A DNA stretch of 64,000 nucleotides from Macrostomum hystrix. Taxonomy: Eukaryota; Animalia; Platyhelminthes. Location of the stretch: contig CATNEN010000007.1 in the NCBI GenBank assembly GCA_950097015.1, forward strand, positions 13,330,001 to 13,394,000. Reading direction: 5' to 3'. Under the pieces are notes generated by a model. That model saw only the letters and a list, made by a program, of their open reading frames with translations. It was not told where the DNA came from and did no database searches. A program made the position numbers and the translations under genes. Shown here piece by piece: positions 22,960-33,886 of this stretch. Numbering within the stretch: the stretch's first letter is position 1; each line of letters begins with the position of its first letter.

Positions 22960-25950
22960 GGACAAAGCGGGGGCAGCGGAGCGCGCATCGGCGAGTTGAG
23001 CGCCGTCGCGAGCGAAACCGGCGAGGCCGGCAACGTGGCGTCGCGCGCCGAGCTGCTGCCATACGAGTTCATTTGGGTCTTCCGGGCGGCGCCGGAGACC
23101 ATGAGGCTCACCACTACCGAGCCCCAGTTCTACCACAGGACACACTTCGAGTCGGGACGCTGAACTGTCGCACTCTTAAGGCCGCCTGGCCTTAAAACTA
23201 GCGCTCGACCTCAGTTGTGACGTCATCTCACATGAGGAGGTGTCCATCAGAACCGAGCCTGGACTTCACTTTGAGGACTTGGGCTCCGGTTGGACACTCT
23301 GGTACACCTCAGCGGATCAACGAGGTCGTGGAGGAGTTGGTCAGCACTGATTGGCCCGAGACTGCAGCAGAGCTATCGCTGCTCTTCCTTGTCTCGGGTA
23401 GACGTCAGGCTTCGCGACTGGAATGCTTGCCCTGTTCTGTGTTTACGCACCCCCTGCCACCCGCCCAGATGAGGCTCAGAGCTTCTTCGAGCAGCTCTCT
23501 GCACGCGTGGAGGAAACGGCGCAGCGCGACACAGTAGTCATCCTGATCGGAGACCTAAACGCAGTTCCGCGCAGGTCCGAGCCCCACGCCCCACGTTTGT
23601 TTGTGGCACCCCACGAGAACGGCAACACTCAAGCGCTGGAGGACTTCCTGGAGAGGCAGGATATGGTGTCGGCCAACACTTGCTTCTGTAAGTCACCCAG
23701 CAGGCTCGCGACTTTCGTGGGGTGTAAGCGGAGGCGGTGGAATGCGCGCGGCCGGTTTGCTACGAGGAGGCTGGCACAGCTCGACCACGTGCTCGTGCGC
23801 TTCCGAGAGCGCTTCCGCGCTGTCAACTGCCGCACTATCACGCCGCTGTCTCGACGGTCCGATCATCAGCTCCTCATCTGCGACCTTGACCTTGAACTGC
23901 GGCCTGATCCGCTCTATCGTCCGCCGAAGCGGCACCCGCGGCGCTAGTACCGCGCCCTCAAAGACGCCGAGACCATCGCCGCTTTGCTAGCCTTTTATCA
24001 CTGCGCTCGGCGCCGAGTACGCGGATGTGAGTGCCGCAGAACGAGCCGCCGCAGAACAAGCGGTTCCGTTGATGCGACTGGCCCAGCATGGGCTGCCAGT
24101 CTGGCAAGACGACCCGCGATTCAACAAGCGGGAGGAATTGGAGAGGCTCCGTCTGAGCAGGCAACCTACTCGTGAGGCGGAAGAGGCTCTGGCGCCAGTT
24201 TATCTGCAGCGGCAGCGTGCCGCTGTCGATGAAGTCATCCAAGCCTTCTCTGCCGCAGGGCCCGACGCGAGAGGGCGCGTGGCCTGGTCTGCCATTAATT
24301 CTCTGTCGGGGGCGGAAGCGGTGCATCAAGCTGATCCTGGCAGGCGACACTTCGGATGAGCGCTGGAACGAGCTGCGCGAGTTTTTCACCGCTTTCTCCC
24401 CCCGCTGCCCAACATCCTGACGCCACCAGAGACGCCGTTGCCGTCGGAGGAGAGCTTCAGTGTAGCACCAGTCACCCTGGCTGATGTAGTGATGCTCGAC
24501 CAGAAGACATCGGGCGGCAAAGCGCTTGGTCCAGACGAGGTGCCCATCGAGGCGATGCGCATCCACTGTGTGGCCAGTGAGGTCGCCCGTGTGATAAACC
24601 TCGTACTTTTCGGTGAGGCGGCGCTCACGGATTGGACCATGGCGCACATCATCACCATTCCTAAGAAGCCGGGCACCACACGATTAGAGGAAGGAGCGCA
24701 GAGGAATCTGCCTGCAATCCTGCGTCGCGAAGTTGTATAACCGGATGCTGCTATCGCGGTTGCAACCCGTGCTGGATCCCTACCTGCGACCTGAGCAGAA
24801 TGGGTTTCGGCCCCAACCCGTCACACTCTGGCTCTTCACCGCATCATCGAAGAGGTGCGCACGCGCCAGTTGGACTGATTGTCGTCTTCATTGACTTCAT
24901 GAAGGCTTTCGACTCGGTAGCGAGGACTGCGCTCCCGCATGTGCTCCATGCGTATCATGTGCCAGAGCAGCTGATCTCCGCCATCATGGCGTTGTACTGT
25001 GCTATGAGATCAGCTGTGATGACGCCGGACGGCCTGTCTGACTCCTTATAGACATCTTCCGGGGTGCTTCAAGGGTACACGCTAGCGCCGTTCCTGTTCG
25101 TCCTGATGCTTGACCTGGTACTCTGCTCTACTCTAAATGCTCTGCCAACCGACGATCATGGTTTCCATCTGCGCCGACGCGTGGATCGACGTCAACCGGA
25201 AAGGCGGCTCAACGTGCTTGGCTACGCCAACGACCTCGCCATGTTGTCCTCGACTGTAGAGGGCGCCCAGCGCCAGCTAGACAAGCCTATTGGCGTTGCA
25301 GCGAGCGTCGGCCTCGTGGTCAACACGAGGAAGACCGTGGTGCTCTGCGGGCAGGGTGACATCGAGGCCGCAATTCTCTGCCGAGGCACTGAGCTTCCGC
25401 GCTGTCAACAGTTCGTCTACCTCGGTGGTCTGGTACCTGACGTCAGCGAAGATCTGCGGCGTCGCCGCGGGCTCGCCTGGGCTGCCTTTTGTTCTGTGAG
25501 GGCGGTCCTGCAGTCCGACGCCCTACCTGATCGCCAGAGGGCGGTGCTGTTCCAGGCGGTCTTCGAGACCGTCCTGTTGTACAACGCTGAGACCGTGACT
25601 CTGACGGACTCGCTCGAACAGCAAGTAAACGTGGCGAACGCCGGCCTGCTGCGCGCCGTCTTTAAGATCAGCGACGAGCGAGTTACTAACGCTGCATTCT
25701 ATCGCCGCGCCGGCCTGACCCGTCCAAGTGAATATCTGCGCTGTCTGCGACTCCAGCCGGAAGGCCACATCATCCGCGCCGAGTCCTACTGCCCACAGCC
25801 GGTGCAGGAGGTGCTGCTGCTCACGCTGCAGGCATCCTACCGGCGCGGCCAGGCCCGAACTCGGAATTTGGTCGATTGCTGCTGGCCGACACTGGTGCCC
25901 CGGACTCTGCCGGCGGTGCGGCCTTTGTTCGCGCCCAGGCTCTGATTTTT
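22861..25950 (+). mobile_element. Decayed RTE-like non-LTR retrotransposon (single APE-RT ORF broken by frameshifts and stops)
   Basis: LRVGTLNCRTL, VYAPP, GDLNA, QLDHVLV, SDH (APE). KALGPDEVP, FIDFMKAFDSV, GVLQGYTLAPFLF, YANDL (mutated YADD), FVYLG (RT). The 3' boundary is approximate. Confidence 0.85.
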
Positions 25951-26159
25951 TTACTTAGGTCTTTTTGCGTTGAGGTCCTAAATGAGGTCGGGTGCCCTAC
26001 TCTTTGCGAGAGATTCTATTGCCGTAACTCGAAAATAACGAAGACAAGACGATTCAAAAGTCCAAGCTAAGCAGCTGATATTTAAGTGTTAATTAGTTAT
26101 TAATTAGTTATTACGAGAAGGCTATGAATAATTAATTCCCCTGGCAGCGCTTTTTCCGT

Positions 26160-27197
26160 CCCCTGCCAGATACTGTACTCAAAATTCAATATAATAATTC
26201 ACAATTCACAACAACTTACTGGTAATTTACTAAACAAAATCTCAATAACCTCAACACAAGAATAACAAAGCGAACTCTACTCGATAATAACGAAATCACG
26301 ATAACTCGATCTCAACTCGAAAACGCTCTGGACAATGACAAGAACTCACGGAAATAGCCAGAACGATTAACACAAATAACTCCTGGACAAAAAGCAGATA
26401 GTCCCTATAAAAAAACAAGACAAATTACGAGCGTACGAGGCCCAATAACACGAAAACCTAACCCAAAGTCCCTAGTCTGAAACCGAGGCGACCAGCAAGC
26501 ACTTCCGCACTATGGCACGACGATAGTTCTATCGTGCCACACCAAATGTCAATTCGACGGCGTCCCAACGATGATTGTCGGCGATATGGAGAGTACTTCC
26601 GTGCTTGCCAATCCCTGTCTAACACTCCGTCAGCAGTTGGCCAGACGTGCCGAGCTCAGCGCAAGCTACTTACTGACGTGGGATTGAGTATGGGATTTTC
26701 TCCGACTAGCTGGTTGGACCGGTTTACCTGTCCCGGTATCTATGACTATGCAACGACAGATAGAAGGCGTAACAGCACGGAAAAGAAAAGGAGGACAAAG
26801 GGGCCTTTACAACGCAATAGTCAGTATAGTCAAACGCCCGCCACAGCCCCCATCAAAGCCTGGGTGCCGACCGCGCCGCTCGTTCCACTGCCAGGTCGAC
26901 CCTACCGGTTAACGAACTGGCCGCTGATTGGCCCGGCCCGGGGTGTCACGCTTGAGTAGGGTCGCACCAGATTGGCCAGCCGTCTTCCTATTGGCGGGGC
27001 CCACCAGACCGGGGTTGGTCCGATGCCTTGGCTGTAGAGCAGGGTGACCGGCGGCCGGTCGCGTGCGTATAGGCCTGGGCTGGGGCGCGCACGCACAACT
27101 AACTCAAAACATACATTATAATAATTCATTAATATTGACGTGCGCGAATAAGTTGCTTCAAGTAGAAATGTACACATTATATAATAAACATGCGACA
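26160..27197 (-). mobile_element. Possible LTR (about 1 kb, TGT...ACA) followed by a PBS-like TGGCAG; truncated LTR-element end
   Basis: The minus strand starts TGTCGCA at 27197 and ends GAGTACA at 26174, followed 5 nt later by TGGCAGGGG. Non-coding with a GC-rich core. No partner LTR or TSD seen. Confidence 0.35.
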
Positions 27198-27560
27198 CTA
27201 CAGGGCAAATAAAATCTACAAGTATGAATATTACTCAAATTTTACAAAAATGTCAAAACTACAAGAAACTATGAAGCTGGAGATCAGTTAAAAAGAGTGA
27301 GAATCAGATTTTTAAAAAAAATTAAGAAAAGGTCAAAATCGATATTTGATTTAGCAGTTTAAATTATTACAACATTTAACAAAAAACTAGAGAATTTGTT
27401 GAAACAATTAATTCGCAACCCTGTCAAACGCACATTTAAATCTAATAGTTTATTAAAGAGGAGTTAATAAAATTATTCTTATTTTCAAATTCGTGTTTTT
27501 GAATTTACAAAAAGTTCATTTGTAAAGTAATTTTTAAGAAGTTTATTTGGAGCGTAAAAT

Positions 27561-27733
27561 CAGTGGCGTAGCGATGGGGGTATCTGTGTATCGGCCGATA
27601 CACCCAAAATTTGATGTCTCAAATTTTTTCACATTCAGTTTCTTCGAAAGAAATGAATTAATTGTTTTTTATTCTGGATACGCTGGATAGAACCAAAACC
27701 GATATCCCCAAAAAAATCCTGGCTACGCCCCTG
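27561..27733. mobile_element. hAT-type MITE (173 bp)
   Basis: TIRs CAGTGGCGTAGC / GCTACGCCCCTG. 8-bp TSD CGTAAAAT (27553-60) / CGCAAAAT (27734-41), one mismatch. Confidence 0.75.
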
Positions 27734-30079
27734 CGCAAAATGACTGTACCCAAGAAGCACAACAGGGAAAAATGTAATAAAAATAAAAACGTAAAATAAA
27801 AATAAATTAAAATTAATAGCTAAGTCAAAACTAGAATGAAACTTTTAAACAACAAGTTTAAAGTGTTGACTAATAGCTAGTATCCGATGTAACTTGTTTT
27901 TTATCCCTTTCTGCCATTCGTTATCTGCTTTTATCAATTATTTCCGTTCCGCATCCGCGCTTTACTAACTATTTCCGTATTCCGCGTTTTATCCGACGCA
28001 TCCGGTCCGGATCCGCGTCCGTTTCCGCGTTTTATCCGGTACCCATTTGAATAGGGTCAATAACAAAATGGCTATAATATAAAATAATTATAGGTATTTC
28101 TTTCTTATGATAGGCCTTATATTTGACAAAAGTCCTAGACCAAGGTTAGGCCCTAACAACAAGCTAATACTAATCTATGCAATAATTAATGTTTAACCTA
28201 ACTTGGCCATATTTCTAAATTTTATTCTAAGTATCTATAGCCAATACTGGACGTCCTATTTTCCAGTACTAGTAACAGTACCAGTACCGGAAAAAAAAAT
28301 TGTTAAAACAAAGGGTCGTAACATAGAAAAATTTTAATTGCCATGGCTGTAGATGAAGCACGTGTAATTTCAGCTTCCTACAGCATCCATGCAGCGCCGG
28401 AGCAGTGGACCCTTAAAGTGCGTCTCCCCACCCCAGCCATAGAAGCCTCTGCTACTAAGGTCATGACGACCCTTATTGCGCCAGCATGACTGGTCGGGGG
28501 CAACTAATAACCATCAGAGCATCAATTGCAATGGCTGTAGATGAAGCACGTGTGACGATTTAAAAGACGAAGGCCAAAGTCAGAGGCGGCGGCAATTGTA
28601 GTTTACGGCAAGTTAGAGTCAGTTCAATGTCTGTGGTGTAGCGGTAGCACTTTTATTATCTGGGTGCACTGGGACGTACGACAAGCAGAGCGGTAAGTAA
28701 GGCGTAGGAGCTCGATAGTAGTAATGGTAAGTGATAGCACGGCGAGGCGAAGTGGACAGCGAGAGGATAACAGCTTAACACGAACTAGAACCGGGCAGGA
28801 CAAGCTAGGTGACACGTCAGGACCGGACAAGAAGGACAAGAAGGTGTGAGGCGCGAGCGGGCCTAAAGCCCTTAGCTAAGTAAACTAGGCAAACTGCAAA
28901 ACAGGGCGATCGATAACTCTGGCCAGGCAGAGCTCGCACGCTCATTGCATGGCCGGGGGGGAAATACATTGAACTACGCGTAGGAAATAACTAGAATGGC
29001 GCGATGTGCGTTAACGGTTACTAACAGTAGTGCCCTAACCATTTGAATTAATTATATGAAATAGCAGAAGTGGATAAAATTACACGATATGAGTTAAAAC
29101 GGCCCAAGTTAGTACATAATTAGGAATTCGCAAATTAAGCATGTAAATCAACACATAGAGTAAATTCGCAGGGGCGCCTACAACAAGTGACAACGTCACA
29201 CACGTGCAAATTCAGATATGCGCGAATTAGCCAATTTTATAGTTACTTTGGCGGCATATCTTAATTGAACAGTGAACATGCATAATTTTTTAAGCCTCCA
29301 CGTTGCTTACTCCTCGTCCATTGTTGTGCAGGATTTGCTTTTAATTGTTAGGTTTAGTCTCTAGACTGCACTGGCGCTGTAATCTTATCCCAGCGTAATA
29401 CGAGCGTGCCTTCCTAATGCTATTGTTAAGTCTTAAATGGTTTTAATTTTCTGACAGCTTACTGTACCTGACCTTCGTAATTTACTCGCTTTTAATTGGA
29501 TGATTGCTGGCCTTCAATTTCACTGGCTATGGTGAGGTGTGGGGGGTTTTCGAGCAGAGCAAATATAAAGGAACTCAATACTCCGCGCAGTGTCATAAAA
29601 TATTATCAATAATAAGGAACCTTCACTTGGAACGCCATGCTTCGAATTTTTGTTTTATCGCTTCTCTTTACCTTCTGCATTTCTTTTAAACGAGGAAAAC
29701 TTAGCACTGTACATCTATCACCGCTTATTTTTGGTGAATATGAAGAATCGGAGCTTTGCTCCTCTTCCTACCACGATCCTAAATCCATATGGGGTCAGAT
29801 CGTTCTGAAACTTGATTTCAAAAACTCCCTTTTGAATCGCAAGACTGTCTACGAATACTATCGGCGTCACGCTAGAGGTAAGTTTGGCTTTGCTGATTGC
29901 CTTTCATGTACGTGCATGCATATGTACTGCTTGTGAATGACGGTCACATCCAGGGGAGTCAAAACACGTGTGCCCTAAATGAAAAGAATGACTCAAGATT
30001 GTTGCGATCCCAGAGAATCTGTCACTAACTCCTCATTGCTTCAGTACAATCAGCTGTAAAATGAGTACGAGTATGAAGG

Positions 30080-30664
30080 TGTCAGGCAGTGACAATAAAC
30101 GGATATGCTGCTGCTGTGGTAAGGTAGAAAGTTTTTCTTTTGGGGCAAAGCCCCGCGCTTGCTTTATTGATAAGTACGCGATTACTGTCGCGTAGGCACA
30201 GTCTTGTGAGCTGGCTTAGTCTCCAGGGTGCTGGCACCGTGCAGGGAAGTGTGGGAGCACGTGTACTATGGACCCTGCAGGCTTGCCTCCGTCCACGATC
30301 TCAATAACACTCCGTGAGTGTTAATTAGTGTTAATTACTGGCCGATCTCTTAGGAGAGAAGGCTGAGTCAGCGAAACGGCGACATATGACGGTATGGCAG
30401 TACTGGCAGCGCAGCTTTTCCTTGCTGTGCTGTTGAGCTAGGCATGTCTCAGAGCACGTGGCGGTCGTGCTAACGAATGCGCATAGGCTGGACATGTTTG
30501 TGGATCACAGGCGGGTACGTAGGCAGGCTTGTAACCACGCTCTGCTACCACGCTCTGCTATAGTCACTGCTGTCAGGCAGTGACAATAAACGGATATGCT
30601 GCTGCTGTGGTAAGGTAGAAAGTTTTTCTTTTGGGGCAAAGCCCCGCGCTTGCTATATTGATAA
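30080..30664 (-). mobile_element. TRIM-like miniature LTR element with an initiator-tRNA-Met primer-binding site
   Basis: 94-bp direct repeats at 30080-30173 and 30571-30664 (one mismatch), ending TGACA on the minus strand. 18-nt PBS TGGTAGCAGAGCGTGGTT at 30550-30533. Possible full 3' LTR TGTTA...TGACA at 30309-30080 containing AATAAA. Confidence 0.6.
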
Positions 30665-31277
30665 TACGAGTTATAGAGTACAGCGGAATCTTGGAGATTT
30701 TCTATGGTTCAAACGTGGCGAACGAGAATTGGAGCAGACTAATGTAAATGAATATATATGAATATATGAAGATTGCGTACTTGTAATAGCATATGGAGGA
30801 TTCGGGAATCCGACAGGTTGGGGGGCGGAACGATTAACAGTTGGAGGATTCGGGAATCCGACAGAAGGGTTGCGACCCACAAATCTTTGGACTGAACAAC
30901 AGTCATCAGATGCGTCGCGTATTCTGCAGCTGTGCTGTCGGTTGCAAATCTCGCATAGGGGCCAGGTGTAGAACATTATCGTAATCAATATTATTATTAT
31001 TAGTCGAACAGGCAATCGATAGTAAACTTTTCTCTTTAACTTTAATGGGTTGGGATCACTTTCTACTCAAAAGTACTGTAGAATGGCACCAATGTCAGAC
31101 AAAGTGAACTGACGTGAACACCCCCGAGAAAACTACAAGTTGGCTATCAGCTCATCAGAACATAAATTTATCTGAATACATTGCTGCTTTAATTATCACA
31201 TGATTTTGGGGCTCTAAGCCTACTTTATTATTTTGCACTATAAGGATCCAATTATTTCCAAAATTTTCCTTCCAGAG

Positions 31278-31416
31278 CAGCAGCGCGCGGCAGGAGCTTC
31301 ACCTCCACCAGCAGCTGAGCGCACGGATGGAGCGCCAACTCCAGCGGCATCGGAGCAGCGCGCGGCAGCAGCTTCACCTCCAGCAGCAGCTGAGCGCACA
31401 GATGGAGCGCCAACTT
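31278..31416. repeat. About 75-bp imperfect tandem duplication
   Basis: Two copies of agcagcgcgcggcag.agcttcacctcca.cagcagctgagcgcac.gatggagcgccaact. Confidence 0.8.
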
Positions 31417-31429
31417 AAATGAAGCTTAC

Positions 31430-33130
31430 AATGCCGTAAAAACCAATACACTGGTTGACCATCCTATACCTTTTGTTTGCACCAATCATGTTAGCAAAGC
31501 GTTTATTCGCGGACTAGGTGAAATTCCGCAGGCAAAGAATACAGATAAAAGTATGAAGGAAATTTCTTGTATCAGCGTTTGTATACCTCATTCATCAGGA
31601 GACCTTCGAGGGCTTTGAGAGCACCATTAATCTGATTATTGAGGAATTCACGTCTGACCAAAATCTAAAAAAGCTTCGTGAAAGGCTTAAGCAATGGGAC
31701 ACATCTGTGTCGCACGTTTTAGAATCAGAATCTGACCGCACGCCATCTGATGTTGAAGACGAAAGTCTTCAACAAAGATGAAAAAACCCAAGAACGCAAG
31801 AAAGCCGATAGAAAAACGATTCGAAACTGCTCGCCATTCATGAAATTTTTTTCATATTTGTTAAAATCAGTTAGATCTCCTGCAGAGCATGTAATCGCGT
31901 CTGAGTTACTTGAATACCTAATAAAGCACTGGCTTCCACTGGCCCCTCTATTTGCGATGTTTATATGTGAGATAAAAAGTTTTGAAAAGATTGACAGCTG
32001 GTATTCTAATGCTTTTGTGGAGTCGTACTTTCGTGAATTGAAGAAAAATAAAGCCACGAGAAGTTCTCGGCTTAAGATATGTGCATTCACTGAGCAGCAA
32101 TTCCAGTATGTACTACGCCGCGTGAAAGGTTTCTCGATTCTTGCGGACAAACGTGCCCCTAAATTATCCAGTCAAAGAAATGAAGAAAGCGCACAAGAAG
32201 CGAAAGAGCAGTGGGGCAGGAAGCCCAAAAGACAGCGAACTAAATATAAGCGACCAAGCTCACCGATTCTAAAGCCCGAGACGACCAAGAAAAAGTCACG
32301 ACATGTAAAACCGCCCCAGAATGAACCCGAATCAAGAGGCAAACCAAAGGAGAGCTTTATTTGGAAGACTACTACGAATGACGTAATCGTAGACTTCGAC
32401 AAAGAATCACTACAGCCAAATGCGTGGGTTTCGCTTGGATCAGTCAATGCATTCGTAAATATTCTTTGTGAGAGCAATCCTAGAAGTCGCATTCGACTCC
32501 TAAAGTGCAGCTTTTTCGAACAGCTACTAAGAGACGACAGCGCCGCAGCAGCTCAGAGCCTCTTGGACTGCGATTAAAATTCTGTGTCCAGTTCTGCTGA
32601 ACTATCACTACTTTTTAGTTTACGTCAACCTGCAAACCAAGGAATTTTCGCTTCTTGATCCCATGGTGCAAAATGAATCTCGCCGATCGAATCAGTACCT
32701 AGAAGCATGGCAAAAATTTGCAGGCAGTCAAGAAATACAAAATATAATGCCCAGCGCATATGGGCAGTACAAGAAGCGCTCGTTTCTTCACTCCATGCAA
32801 AAGGATTCATACAACTGCGGTGTTTTTGTCTGTTTGTTTGCTAAGATGTTAATTATAGGATCAGCAGCAGGATTTAGCAACTTAATGATTCCGACCAGCC
32901 AGAGGTTTTTTAATGCTGCTCGAAATTACATTTGGAAAACTATTGAAAGCAACTGTCAGAAATTATCGATGGAATCCGACACTTGCAAAGTATGCAAGGA
33001 CAGCACCAGAAGTGAGACATTTTGGATCCAGTGCGATCTCTGTGATGCCTGGATTCACAGTCGATGCGCCGATTCCGAATTATTGATTCGTCATCAATCT
33101 GGTGCCTTTGTGTCTTGCTGCACTAATTGA
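31430..33130 (+). pseudogene. Interrupted transposase C-terminus, Ulp1/C48 cysteine protease and PHD finger
   Basis: CxxH motif (CTNH, 31478) and SNAFVESYFRELKK (DDE Glu motif of MULE/NOF type). Ulp1 motifs LQPNAWV...VNAF, HYFLVYV...LLDP and QKDSYNCGVF. PHD finger CKVC...WIQCDLCDAWIHSRC. The frame changes between 32577 and 32663. Confidence 0.75.
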
Positions 33131-33830
33131 TCGAGTCTTCGGCGTTTTGGCTCAGGCCTCAGCACCGCGAGTCACATTCGCTTTCGTATCAATAGCTTTT
33201 CCTAATCAATTTTTTGTTGAAGTGCCACAGATTAAAACCGTTGCATATTGAGTGGTACCATGCTAAACTACTTAGTAGTATATAGATTCCATTTCTTATG
33301 CACAAATGTATTTTCTTATTTTGCATGCTTGCTCACCAAGAAGGTTGGCTCATCACTTATTGTACCTGTATTTTGCCGTTTATTCGCTGTTTCTCATTCC
33401 ATTTTTATATGTGTGCATATCATATAGCTTCAGTGGTAACAGTTGCTCATTTTGCTTACATAGCTAAAAACAATTAATTTCGATTTGGTCTGTATAGGAC
33501 TCAACTCACCAACAACTTTGACATTCTCCAGTCATAGCCAACAGATCCCTGAACAAACATGTGTTCAATGAAAATAGATGATTAGGCAGGCAGTTTCCAA
33601 CAAAGAAAACTACCATGCTAGTCATAGAAGTTAGCTTTTTATGATTAGCGTAGTCGACTAGAATATGTAAATTCTACTTAGCAAATTAAATTTTGGCGAA
33701 AATTTTTATTTATTTATTTTGTTTTTATTTCAGTTCACAACTAAAAATTAGCAAACTATTGTTAATAATTGTGTTTAAAACTCTAAGCAGCTATGCTTTG
33801 TGATCATAGCATAATACGAATAAAAAACTT

Positions 33831-33886
33831 TGTGAGTAACTTCGCCAAAGTCGGTCCCAAGCCCGATTGAAAAAGGAGGGTGCACA
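33831..33886 (+). ncRNA. Twister ribozyme (P1 type)
   Basis: UGUGAG-UAA-CUUC-GCCAA-AGUCGG-UCCCAAGC-CCGAUU-GAAA-AAG-GAGGG-UGCACA. It has the cleavage-site UAA, P4 AGUCGG/CCGAUU, loop UCCCAAGC, T1 partner GAGGG, T2 GC/GC, P2 CUU/AAG and P1 UGUG/CACA, collinear with the canonical twister core. Confidence 0.85.

Larger units (their letters stand above)
16765..28043. mobile_element. Non-autonomous Mutator/Foldback-like DNA transposon with long TIRs, hosting nested insertions
   Basis: TIRs at about 16765-16975 and 27857-28043, both starting GGTACCGGATAAAACG and built from internal repeats. Flanked by 9-bp TSD CATTTCAAT (16756-16764) / CATTTGAAT (28044-28052), one mismatch. Confidence 0.8.

Noticed and set aside
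28621-28975. tRNA/SINE head (TGGTGTAGCGGTAGCAC), or a small element with 10-bp inverted ends AGTTCAATGT
   Set aside because: No B box or cloverleaf, no TSD, and a solo-LTR reading of the minus strand is equally possible. Left unresolved.
30350-30385. Minimal hammerhead ribozyme (GCTGAGTCAGC-GAAAC)
   Set aside because: The CUGANGA core is missing and stems I and III could not be formed.
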